Assembly (NCBI GenBank): GCA_900315255.1
Contig: OMYH01000024.1
Location: forward strand, 740 to 64,739
Origin: an uncultured Eubacteriales bacterium
GTDB taxonomy: Bacteria > Bacillota > Clostridia > Oscillospirales > Acutalibacteraceae
Direction: 5' to 3'
DNA length: 64,000 nt
The notes beneath the pieces are model-generated. The model ran no database searches, was not told the origin of the DNA, and saw only the letters and a program-made list of their open reading frames with translations. Made by a program: the position numbers and the translations under genes. This document shows positions 36,278-46,200 of the stretch, in pieces. Numbering within the stretch: position 1 is the first letter of the stretch; the number at the start of each line of letters is the position of its first letter.

Positions 36278-39200
36278 ATGTTACCAAAGTTCAGCGTCAG
36301 GAAACCTCTGACTGTTTTTGTTGCCGTTGTGCTTGTTATTGTACTGGGAGTTGTGTCATACCTCAATATGACGCCGAGCCTTTTTCCGAGTCTGGAGCTT
36401 CCATACATAATCATAGTTACAACTTACATAGGCGCAAGCCCCGAAGAAGTTGAAGCGACTGTCACCCGACCTCTTGAACAAACGATGGCGACGCTTGACA
36501 ACGTCAAGGAAATAACGTCAAGCTCCTCGGAAAACTACTCGATGGTATCTATCGAATTTGAGGATATTGTCAATATGGATACCGTTACCGTAGATCTCAA
36601 CAGCAAGCTGACACAGCTCACAGGCTCATGGGACGAAAAGGTCGGAGCGCCGTACATAATGAAAATCAACCCAAATATGCTGCCCGTTGCGATCGTTGCT
36701 GTCAGTAAGTCCGACAGCACGATATATGAACTGTCGGATTTCACGAAGGACGTTCTTGAGAATAAGCTTGAGGGTATCAACGGCGTAGCCTCGGTTTCCG
36801 TCGGCGGTATCGTGGAGCAGTCCGTTGAGGTGGTTTTGTCGGAGAATAAGATCAAGTCCGTGAACGATACGGTTCAGACTGCCGTCAAAAAGCAGTTCGC
36901 CGACGCCGAAAAAGAGCTTGACGACGCAAAGACTCAGCTCGAAGACGGTCTTGAGCAGGCAAAAACCGGCAAGGATGATATCGAAAAGGGCAAGGAGCTT
37001 TTAGACGAACAGCACAACGAGATAGCCTCTCAGCTTTCCGCAGCGGAGGCGGAAATATCTTCAAAAGAAAAGGAGCTGCTTGAAACAAAGCTCACTTTAG
37101 TCGACACTATCGCCGACCTCACATCGCAGAAGGAGCAGCTCACCACCACCCTTTCCGTCATGAAAGAGGTTCAGAAGGCAATGCACAGTATCCTTGACAG
37201 ACGTGACGATCTTCAGAATGATTACGACACCCTGAAGGCGCTGCAGGATTCCTACTCCGCTCTGCAGTCAAAGGACAGCGAGCTTCAGACTGCGCTTTCC
37301 GCTATCGAAACAGACTCCACACTCTCCGAGGACGACAGGAATAAAGCAGTAGAGGAATTCAAGAGCAGTCCCGAATACACGCAGACGAAAGCGTCGTTAG
37401 CCGAAACCGAAGCTCAGATGAACGCCAGGGGCGTTACTCCGCTGACCATAGATATTACAGTCCGTGCAACAAAGAGCGCGCTTGATCTCGCCAATTCGTC
37501 TTTAGACACAGTCAACACCGCTATTAAGGAATTAGGCACTTCATTTGAAACCATAGACGACGATGTGCAAAAGCTTGAAGACGGTCTTTCTCAGATGGAT
37601 GAAGCGATCAACACACTTTCTGAAACGATTGAACAGCTCGATGAGGGTGCGGTGACCATAAAAGAAGCAAAGACAGAGCTTGGCACACAGAAATCCCAGG
37701 CGGAATTTCAGATGACTTCTGCCGCAACCGATCTGAAAATTTCCGAAAACACCGTTAACAGCACGATCACACAGTTAGAGCAATCGCAAAAGGAGCTTGA
37801 CGAGGGCGTAAAGCAGCTCAACGAAACAAAAAAGGATACTCTAAAGCAGGCGGATATCACAAACACGATCACAATGGATATGATTTCTCAGATCCTGACC
37901 GCACAGAATTTCTCCATGCCCGCAGGCTATCTGACAGGCGAAGACGAAAATATGCTTGTTCGTGTAGGCGACAAATTCTCCGAAACTGACGATCTGACAA
38001 ATCTTCTGCTTGTTGACTTAGGCATTGATGACGTTGATCCTATCTATCTCTCAGATGTTGCCGACATTAACCTCGTTGATAACAGCGGCGAAATATACGC
38101 AAAGCTCAACGGCGATAACGGAGTTATGGTATCGTTTACAATGCAGTCTACTGCCGCTACCGCAGAGGTATCGGATAATATACACAAAGCGCTTGAAAAG
38201 CTCTCGGAGGAATACCCGGATCTCAGCTTCACCTTCTTGATGGATCAGGGCGATTACATTCATCTGATAGTGAATTCTGTCCTCAGCAATCTTATCTGGG
38301 GCGGTCTGTTCGCTATTATTATTCTTCTGTTCTTCCTGCGTGACATTCGTCCTACATTTATCATAGCTTGTTCTATACCAATAAGCGTTATTTTTGCGAT
38401 AGTGCTCATGTATTTCTCGGGAATCACGCTGAATCTTATATCACTGTCGGGTCTTGCCGTCGGTGTCGGTATGCTTGTTGACAACTCTGTTGTCGTAATA
38501 GAGAACATCTACCGACTCAGAAACAACGGCGCTACACCCGTTCAGGCGGCTGTTTCCGGCGCAGTTCAGGTCACAGGCGCTATAATAGCCTCTACCCTCA
38601 CAACGGTTGCGGTGTTTCTGCCGATCGTCTTTGTACACGGACTCACACGAACACTCTTCCAGGATATGGCGCTTACGATAGGTTATTCCCTGCTTGCAAG
38701 TCTTATAGTAGCGATCAGTCTTGTTCCCGCAATGGCGCAGGGGATGCTGAAGAAACAAAAAAAGAATAAGAAAGAAAAAGGCGAATCAAAGCTGTTCAAG
38801 GGCTACCGCAAATTGGCTTCGTTCACTTTGGATCACAAGGTTTTGCTCATACTCGGCTCGATCGTGCTGCTTGTGGGTTCTGCTTATCTTTCTCTGAAAA
38901 TGGGCTTCTCCTATATGCCGAGCATGGAAAGCACACAGATCTCAGTAAATGTAACAATGCCCGACGACGCCGATTTTGAATCCGCAACAAAAACTACCGA
39001 TGAAATTCTCAAACGTCTTGACACGGTAGAGGACATAAACACCGTTGGCGCCGTAGTAGGTTCAAACGTTCTGTCAAGTATTTCGATAGGCGGAGGCGGC
39101 GGTGACGATACTTCCGTATCGCTGTATGTTATACTCAATGATGAAGATAAGCTTACCCGACCCATTTCCGAGATATGCACAGAGATGGAAGAGAAATGCT

Positions 39201-40387
39201 CCGATCTCGACTGCGAGGTCACTGTTGACCCCTCGGGTATGGGCAGCATGATGTCAATGATGACGGGCGAAGGAATATCGATCAATGTTTTCTGCGACAA
39301 CTTTGACACTCTCCAGGAGGCTTCAACAATGATTGCCGACACACTGAACACAGTGGACGGAGCGCAGAACGCCTTCAACGGAATTGAAGACACCACACAG
39401 GAGCTTCGTATCAGCGTTGACAAAGAAAAGGCTATGAAAAAGGGGTTGACCGTTGCGCAGGTATTCATGGAAATTTCTGGCATGATGACAAGCGAAAAGC
39501 AGGCTACTCTGATTGAAACAGGCAGTGACAGTCTGACGGTACAGGTGGTAGATGGGGCGGCAAAGGGTCTGACGGAAAAAGACATCAGAAACCACATCAT
39601 CGAAACGACCGATATGAAGGGGGAAAAGATAACGGCAAAGCTGTCCGATATAGCCACGATCACAAAAGCAGACAGTCTGAACAATATTACAAGAATCGAT
39701 CAGAAGCGTTACCTCAATGTCACCGCAGATGTTGCCGAGGGCTTCAACTCAACGAATGTTGCAAATGCCGCAAAGACAGAAATAGATAAGCTCAATCTTC
39801 CCGATGGTGTAACATATGAGCTTACGGGATCGTACGAAACGACTATGGACGCAGTAATTCAGCTCGGAGAAATGCTCCTGCTTGCGGTAGCGTTCATCTA
39901 TCTGATAATGGTAGCGCAGTTCCAGTCGCTGCTGTCGCCGTTCATCATCATGTTCACTATCCCGCTTGCCTTCACGGGAGGATTTATCGCCCTGATAATA
40001 GCAGGACTTGACATGAGCGTTATTGCGATTATCGGATTTATTATGATGGCAGGAATAATTGTAAATAACGGTATCGTTCTTGTCGACTACATCAATCAGC
40101 TTCGTGCGGAGGGCATGGCAAAGCGAGAGGCGCTTATTGAAGCGGGCGTCACACGAATGCGGCCTATCTTCATGACGGCTCTCACAACGATCCTCGGTCT
40201 GTCGGTGATGGCATTCAGCCGTGATTCAAGCTCGGCTATGATGCAGCCTATTGCACTTGTATGTATAGGCGGACTTATCTACGCTACGATAATGACGCTG
40301 TTCGTCGTACCTGCAATATACGATATATTCAACAAAAAGGAAATCAGAGTTATAGATAAAAAAGAGCTTGAGATCTTAGACGATTGA
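36278..40387 (+). CDS. RND-superfamily efflux permease (AcrB/HAE-like) carrying an approximately 340-aa coiled-coil insertion in the first extracytoplasmic loop
   Basis: AcrB-like blocks lie at both ends: MLPKFSVRKPLTVFVAVVLVIVLG, LPYIIIVTTYIGASPEEVE, 12 predicted TMs, and GAIIASTLTTVAVFLPIVFV. Residues about 190-530 are heptad-like and rich in E, K, Q and L. No adjacent membrane-fusion protein gene is present. Confidence 0.8.
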   Translation: MLPKFSVRKPLTVFVAVVLVIVLGVVSYLNMTPSLFPSLELPYIIIVTTYIGASPEEVEATVTRPLEQTMATLDNVKEITSSSSENYSMVSIEFEDIVNMDTVTVDLNSKLTQLTGSWDEKVGAPYIMKINPNMLPVAIVAVSKSDSTIYELSDFTKDVLENKLEGINGVASVSVGGIVEQSVEVVLSENKIKSVNDTVQTAVKKQFADAEKELDDAKTQLEDGLEQAKTGKDDIEKGKELLDEQHNEIASQLSAAEAEISSKEKELLETKLTLVDTIADLTSQKEQLTTTLSVMKEVQKAMHSILDRRDDLQNDYDTLKALQDSYSALQSKDSELQTALSAIETDSTLSEDDRNKAVEEFKSSPEYTQTKASLAETEAQMNARGVTPLTIDITVRATKSALDLANSSLDTVNTAIKELGTSFETIDDDVQKLEDGLSQMDEAINTLSETIEQLDEGAVTIKEAKTELGTQKSQAEFQMTSAATDLKISENTVNSTITQLEQSQKELDEGVKQLNETKKDTLKQADITNTITMDMISQILTAQNFSMPAGYLTGEDENMLVRVGDKFSETDDLTNLLLVDLGIDDVDPIYLSDVADINLVDNSGEIYAKLNGDNGVMVSFTMQSTAATAEVSDNIHKALEKLSEEYPDLSFTFLMDQGDYIHLIVNSVLSNLIWGGLFAIIILLFFLRDIRPTFIIACSIPISVIFAIVLMYFSGITLNLISLSGLAVGVGMLVDNSVVVIENIYRLRNNGATPVQAAVSGAVQVTGAIIASTLTTVAVFLPIVFVHGLTRTLFQDMALTIGYSLLASLIVAISLVPAMAQGMLKKQKKNKKEKGESKLFKGYRKLASFTLDHKVLLILGSIVLLVGSAYLSLKMGFSYMPSMESTQISVNVTMPDDADFESATKTTDEILKRLDTVEDINTVGAVVGSNVLSSISIGGGGGDDTSVSLYVILNDEDKLTRPISEICTEMEEKCSDLDCEVTVDPSGMGSMMSMMTGEGISINVFCDNFDTLQEASTMIADTLNTVDGAQNAFNGIEDTTQELRISVDKEKAMKKGLTVAQVFMEISGMMTSEKQATLIETGSDSLTVQVVDGAAKGLTEKDIRNHIIETTDMKGEKITAKLSDIATITKADSLNNITRIDQKRYLNVTADVAEGFNSTNVANAAKTEIDKLNLPDGVTYELTGSYETTMDAVIQLGEMLLLAVAFIYLIMVAQFQSLLSPFIIMFTIPLAFTGGFIALIIAGLDMSVIAIIGFIMMAGIIVNNGIVLVDYINQLRAEGMAKREALIEAGVTRMRPIFMTALTTILGLSVMAFSRDSSSAMMQPIALVCIGGLIYATIMTLFVVPAIYDIFNKKEIRVIDKKELEILDD

Positions 40388-40399
40388 TTAATAAGTGAA

Positions 40400-40559
40400 T
40401 TAAGGAGACACTGATTAAATTGAGCGCCGAAGTTGCGCCGTCAGGTTTTTAGGCAAATTGTGCGAAAAATCCGCAGGAATACTGACGTATTTCAAGGATT
40501 TTGAGTGCAATTTGACAGTGCGGGTCTCCGGTGGAGACCTCTGCTCAGTGGTTCCTTAA
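40400..40559 (+). mobile_element. MITE-like repeat copy 6 (160 bp): the most complete copy, with both terminal inverted repeats and a variant arm B
   Basis: It comprises arm A (97 nt, 3 substitutions), the centre GATTTTGAGTGCAATTTGACA, a unique GC hairpin segment GTGCGGGTCTCCGGTGGAGACCTCTGCTCA, and the terminus GTGGTTCCTTAA. It sits at the convergent junction between the RND gene and ispE. Confidence 0.9.
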
Positions 40560-40603
40560 TTATTCCCCGAACTGCAATGAAGCAATTCGGGGAATTTGTT
40601 TTA

Positions 40604-41449
40604 TCACAAATTTTCTGCCAGAAATACATCTCTGTATTTCGTCTTAAAGAAATCTCTGCAAGCCTCTGCTTTTCTTTTATCCTCAAACACAGCATACACT
40701 GTCGATCCGCTGCCAGTCATCACAGCACCGAGTGAACCGTCACATTCAAGCAGCTTTGACTTCAATTCAAGCAAAGGTTCATTGTGAAGCGTTTCTTCAA
40801 AATCGTTGCGAAGATTTTTGCCTATCAGCCGTACATTGTCAAGGCATTCAAGCATTCTGTCTGTCGCACAATACCCCCTCGGTTCTGCGCTGTCGACCGC
40901 CTCGAAAGCTTCTTTTGTAGATACACCGAACGGCGGCTTTACAAGCACAAAATACATATGCGGCACGGGCTTTAATCGGGTCAGGATCGTTCCCGTACCC
41001 TCCCCGAGAGCCGTTCCGCCCATTATACAAAACGGTACGTCTGCGCCTATTTTTCCCCCGAGAACATACATATCATCATCACTCAAGGGCATATCGTACA
41101 TCTCGTTTAATCCTTTAAGCACCGCCGCACCGTCTGCCGAACCGCCAGCAAGTCCTGCCTGTGTGGGAATCCTTTTCTGTATATCAATATGCAGACCTCT
41201 GTTATCACACCCTGTTTTTTCAAAGAACAGCAAAGCGCACTTCACGGCAATATTACTCTCGTCACACGGTACATCTGGATGTTCGCAGCTTACCGTTACT
41301 TTTCCGGAATCATTCGTGCAAAGTGTTACCGTATCACAAAGACTGACCGTCTGCATAACGGTTTTCACCTCGTGATAGCCGTCTGCCCTCTTTCCTGTTA
41401 TATCAAATGTCAGATTTATCTTTGCATATCCTTTAACCTGTATTTCCAT
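40604..41449 (-). CDS. ispE: 4-diphosphocytidyl-2-C-methyl-D-erythritol kinase
   Basis: The GHMP kinase motif IPTQAGLAGGSADGAA is present. The N-terminus is typical of IspE (KINLTFDITGKRADGYHEV). Confidence 0.9.
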   Translation of the reverse strand: MEIQVKGYAKINLTFDITGKRADGYHEVKTVMQTVSLCDTVTLCTNDSGKVTVSCEHPDVPCDESNIAVKCALLFFEKTGCDNRGLHIDIQKRIPTQAGLAGGSADGAAVLKGLNEMYDMPLSDDDMYVLGGKIGADVPFCIMGGTALGEGTGTILTRLKPVPHMYFVLVKPPFGVSTKEAFEAVDSAEPRGYCATDRMLECLDNVRLIGKNLRNDFEETLHNEPLLELKSKLLECDGSLGAVMTGSGSTVYAVFEDKRKAEACRDFFKTKYRDVFLAENL

Positions 41450-41457
41450 ATGTACTC

Positions 41458-42018
41458 CTATTCGTCAAACACGCCCGTACTCCACAGACCCCTGTTATTG
41501 CTTTTTGCGTCATATTCAAGCTGTTTAAAGTATTCCTCATACTTATTGTTCGGTTTTATGGTATACACCTTAGCGTATCCCTCTTCAAGCAGCGTTTCAT
41601 TGACCATATTGTCATCAACATATACATATGCAAGCACCCTGTCGTATCGGTCATATGGCTCTTCACCGTACTCTATATAGACATACTTATCCTCGATCAG
41701 ATACTTTGTATAGTCGGAGGCTAATTTCCCCTCGGGAACATTTTTGTCTTTATTCGGGTGAACGGACTCGGGTGTATCTATGCCGATCAGTCTGACAGTA
41801 GTCGTCTTGCCGTCCAGATCTATTTTTATTGTATCTCCGTCAACTACCTTTTCAACATGATAAGGGCCGCCGAAGCCCGAATTCTCCACAGGAACATGGT
41901 CCGCTCCTTCCGGCTGATATGTCCACACAAAGATTATCGCCGCAAGCAGCACAAATGTCAGCACGGCTTCTTCTTTGGACATTCTGAAATACTCTGATAT
42001 TTTGTTACTGTTCGGCAT
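41458..42018 (-). CDS. Membrane-anchored thermonuclease (staphylococcal nuclease family)
   Basis: An N-terminal TM is followed by SNase motifs DGDTIKI...VRLIGIDTPE and EEGYAKV. Confidence 0.85.
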   Translation of the reverse strand: MPNSNKISEYFRMSKEEAVLTFVLLAAIIFVWTYQPEGADHVPVENSGFGGPYHVEKVVDGDTIKIDLDGKTTTVRLIGIDTPESVHPNKDKNVPEGKLASDYTKYLIEDKYVYIEYGEEPYDRYDRVLAYVYVDDNMVNETLLEEGYAKVYTIKPNNKYEEYFKQLEYDAKSNNRGLWSTGVFDE

Positions 42019-42102
42019 AGAATCACCTTATTTCAATGTGCAATGAGCAATGACAGATCGCAGCCTGATATACATAATTCCTCAGTATTCCGTTTCCGTT
42101 AA

Positions 42103-43065
42103 TCAGAATTCAGTCTTGATACTCCGCAGGAACAATCCCGACAACGCTTCGGCAGGGTCTTGTTTGTCCGATATTACGGTATTCACTGCGTGCACTATAG
42201 GCATATCTACGCCGTACTTATCCGACAATGCCACCATAGCCCGACAGGTAGCGACGCCCTCGGCAAGCTTTGTGTACGGCTCACGCTTAACGAATTTCTC
42301 GCCGAACATTCTGTTCTGGCTGAACTGCGAAAACAGGGTTGCTTCATAGTCACCCAAATGACACAGTCCGTATGCAGAGATCTCGTTTCCGCCCATCGCT
42401 TTTATCAATCGTCCGACTTCACGTGTGCCTCTGCTCATCAAAGCACCCTTCAGGCAGCCGTAGCCATAGCCGTCAAGCATACCTGCGGCGATTCCAATAA
42501 CATTCTTTGCAGCAGCTCCTACTTCGCTTCCGATAAGGTCTGTACCGAAATAGAACCGTATCAGCTCGCTCGTGAACTCGCCTACCAGCTTTTTCTTTAA
42601 CTCCTCGTCATCGCTGTCTATAACCATGCAGTTAGGCACACCGCTCACAAAATTCTGCGGGTGTCCGGGTCCTACCCATACGGCAACCGGCACATCTCCG
42701 AGAACATCTTTCACTATCTGCGACAGACGGCAGCCTGTACTCTCTTCAATTCCCTTCATGCAAAGAACAAAGGCTTTGCCTGTGAGATCATATTTCTTAA
42801 CATCCGACAAAAACGATCTGAGCGACTGGCAGCTGATCGAGATAACTATAACCTCGGCGCGTGTGACAGCTTTTTCAAGGTCGGAGGTTATCTCAAGAGT
42901 TTCGGGAAACGTAAGCATTCCGTTGCTTCTTGTTTCTTTCAGTTCGATAAGCTGAGGTGCATCCTCAAGTCCCCATGTCATAACATCATGACCTATTTTG
43001 TTCAGATACCATGCGATAAAAGCGCCCCATCGGCCGCAGCCCAATACAGATATATTCATAATCAT
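42103..43065 (-). CDS. gpsA: NAD(P)H-dependent glycerol-3-phosphate dehydrogenase
   Basis: The Rossmann motif VLGCGRWG is present. GpsA-like central and C-terminal blocks are present (GPGHPQNF, KNVIGIAAGMLDG). Confidence 0.85.
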   Translation of the reverse strand: MIMNISVLGCGRWGAFIAWYLNKIGHDVMTWGLEDAPQLIELKETRSNGMLTFPETLEITSDLEKAVTRAEVIVISISCQSLRSFLSDVKKYDLTGKAFVLCMKGIEESTGCRLSQIVKDVLGDVPVAVWVGPGHPQNFVSGVPNCMVIDSDDEELKKKLVGEFTSELIRFYFGTDLIGSEVGAAAKNVIGIAAGMLDGYGYGCLKGALMSRGTREVGRLIKAMGGNEISAYGLCHLGDYEATLFSQFSQNRMFGEKFVKREPYTKLAEGVATCRAMVALSDKYGVDMPIVHAVNTVISDKQDPAEALSGLFLRSIKTEF

Positions 43066-43215
43066 AATCTCCTCGTTTTTTATAATAAAATCATTAAAAT
43101 GATTATACCATTATGCAGTACAAAAGTCAAAACATTATATGTATTATTAGTTAATAGTTTGTAAAAATCCCCCTGCCGTTAAGACAGGAGGATCATTGTT
43201 ATAATGTGTTATGTA

Positions 43216-46200
43216 TTACTTTACTTTCCAGAGTTCCTTAGCGTACTGGAGGATCGTTCTGTCAGAGCTGAACTTACCTGCGTTAGCTACATTCATAAGG
43301 CACTTCTTGCCGAATGCTTCTCTGTCTGCATAATCTGCATTGACCTTGATCTTAGCCTCAACATAAGACGGGAGATCGAGGAGAATGAAGTAATGGTCGG
43401 GGTGATGCCACGAAGCGCCGTTCACAAGCGAGCTGTGAAGCTCTGCGAAGCTGCCCTCGCCATGTCTGCCACCGTCGCTGAATGTACCGTCGATAAGCGT
43501 GTCGATGACCTTCCTGATCTCGGGGTTACTGTCATAGATAGCTTTTGAAGAGTAAGAACCGTTAGCCTTAAGCTCGTCTATCTTCTCAACTCTTGCACCG
43601 AAGATATACTCGTTCTCCTCGCCTGCTTCCTGAGCGATCTCTACGTTAGCGCCGTCATATGTGCCGAGAGTAACTGCACCGTTGAGCATGAACTTCATGT
43701 TGCCTGTACCCGAAGCCTCTGTACCTGCTGTGGAGATCTGCTCGGAGATGTCTGCTGCCGTAACGATCTTCTCTGCATAGGATACGTTGTAGTTCTGTAC
43801 AAATACTACCTTGATCTTGTCGTTTACATCGGGATCATTGTTTACAAGATTGCCGATCTCATTGATGTACTTAATAATAGCCTTAGCTCTTGCATAGCCC
43901 GGAGCTGCCTTTGCGCCGAAGATAAATGCTGTCGGCTGCCAGTTCGGAAGCTCGCCGTTCTTGAGCTTGAAGTAGATATCCATAATGGAGAATGCGTTGA
44001 GCAGCTGTCTCTTGTACTCGTGCAGACGCTTAACCTGGATATCAAAGATAAATGTAGGATCGAGCTTGATGCCCTCGTGCTTTTCGATGTAATCTGCAAG
44101 CTGCTTCTTCTTCTCAAGCTTGATAGCGTTGAATCTCTTGATCGTGTTCGCGTCAAGATGTGCCTCGAGCTTTTTGAGCTCGTCAAGATTTCTCAGATAA
44201 TCGCTGCTGCCGATCGTTTCTGTCAAAAGCTCAGACAACTCAGGGTTGCATAGACCGAGCCAGCGGCGCTGTGTGATACCGTTAGTCTTGTTCTGGAAAC
44301 GCTCGGGGTAGATTTTGTACCAATCGTTGAGAACATCGTTCTTGAGGATCTCGGTATGGATCCATGCAACACCGTTAGTGTAGCTTGATCCGTAAACAGC
44401 CAGTCTTGCCATATGTACAACACCGCCGTCAATGATCTTCATGTTGCTGATATCACACTTCGGCGAAAGCTCCTTGACAAGTCTGTCTGCGATCCTCTCG
44501 ATAATAGCGTAAACCTCGGGGATAACCGACTTCATAAGGTCGATGTTCCACTTCTCGAGAGCCTCTGCCATTACCGTGTGGTTTGTATATGCAAATGTCT
44601 TCTGTGCGATCTCGAATGCAACGTCAAACGATACGCCATCAAGCATAAGCAGACGGATAAGCTCGGGGATAGATACAATCGGGTGAGTATCGTTGAGCTG
44701 GATTGCAGCGTGCTCGGAGAACTTGCTGTAATCATTGCCGTACTTGCTTCTGTATCTCTTGAGAATATCCTGAAGGGAAGCAGAACAGAAGAAATACTGC
44801 TGCTTTAATCTCAGTACCTTACCCTCGTGTCTGTTGTCGTTCGGATAAAGAACCTTTGTGATATTCTCTGCGTCGTTCTTAGCCTGAACAGAACCGTTAT
44901 AATCAAAGTTATTGAACTTGAGGAAATCGAAGTTCTCGAGCGGCTCAGCCTCCCACAGACGAAGTGTGTTGATGTTCTCCGTGCCGTAGCCGATAACTGC
45001 CATATCATAAGGAACAGCCTTGACTGTCTGATCCTTGAACTTAACCTCTACCGTATCTTCGTTTCTTCTGATACACCACGGATCGCCGAAACGCTGCCAG
45101 TCGTCTGCTGTTTCTACCTGGAAGCCGTCAACTATGCTCTGCTTGAACAAGCCGTACTTGTAGCGGATTCCGTAGCCGTCAAGCGGTACGTCCTGTGTAG
45201 CGGCAGAATCAAGGAAGCACGCTGCCAGACGTCCCAGACCGCCGTTGCCGAGCGCTGCATCGTCTATTTCCTCAAATACATTGATGTCAATACCCTTCTT
45301 TGACAGGATAGACTTAACATCATCGAGAATATCCAGGCAGTACAGATTGTTATACATCATGCGTCCCATCAGGAACTCAGCCGAGAAGTAATATGCGCGT
45401 CTGTTGTCTGCGTGTACGTTCTTAGCCTTTGCCCAGCGGTCTGCGATCTCGCCCATTACAGCCTTGCCAAGCTCCTCGTGCAGCTCGGGTACCGTAAGTT
45501 CCTCGATCTCCTTGCAGTAATCTGTCTTTGCTGCAAGCTCAAGTCTTTCGAGTATTGAGTTTTTCTCCGTTTTCTTTTCCATTTTCTTTTCTTCCTCCAG
45601 CCTGTTATAGGTTTTGGTCAACTTTCTGATTTTTGCGGCAAGACCACCGGCAGCATAATCCTTGCGGACACGCCACTCCCAGTTTCCGCCGAGTGTTGAC
45701 GGAATATTCATTCTTGCCTCACTGCCAAGACCTAAGTAATCCTGCATCTGAATAATACAGTAATCGCTTACGCTCTCGTATGCAGTTCTTATTATACCCC
45801 AGTTGAACGGCTCGTCCTTACCCATTTTGCAGTATTCTCTTGCGAATTTAACACAATGCTCGGGAGCGGATTCCATCCAACCGATAAGAGTATCGTTGTC
45901 ATGCGTGCCCGAATATACAACACAGTTCGGTGTGTATGTATGGGGCAGATAGTTGTTCTCCTCGTTTGAGTCGAATGCAAATTCAAGCACCTTCATTCCC
46001 GGATAGCCCGAATCCTTCAGCAGCTTGATAACGCCCGGAGTCATAGTGCCGAGATCCTCGGCAATGATCGGCAGCTCACCCAGCGCTTTTCTCATGAGAT
46101 TGAAGAACTCAATGCCCGGTCCGTCCATCCACTTACCGTTGATAGCGTTCTCTGCAGGGAATGGGATCGCATAGTAATCATTGAATGCACGGAAATGATC

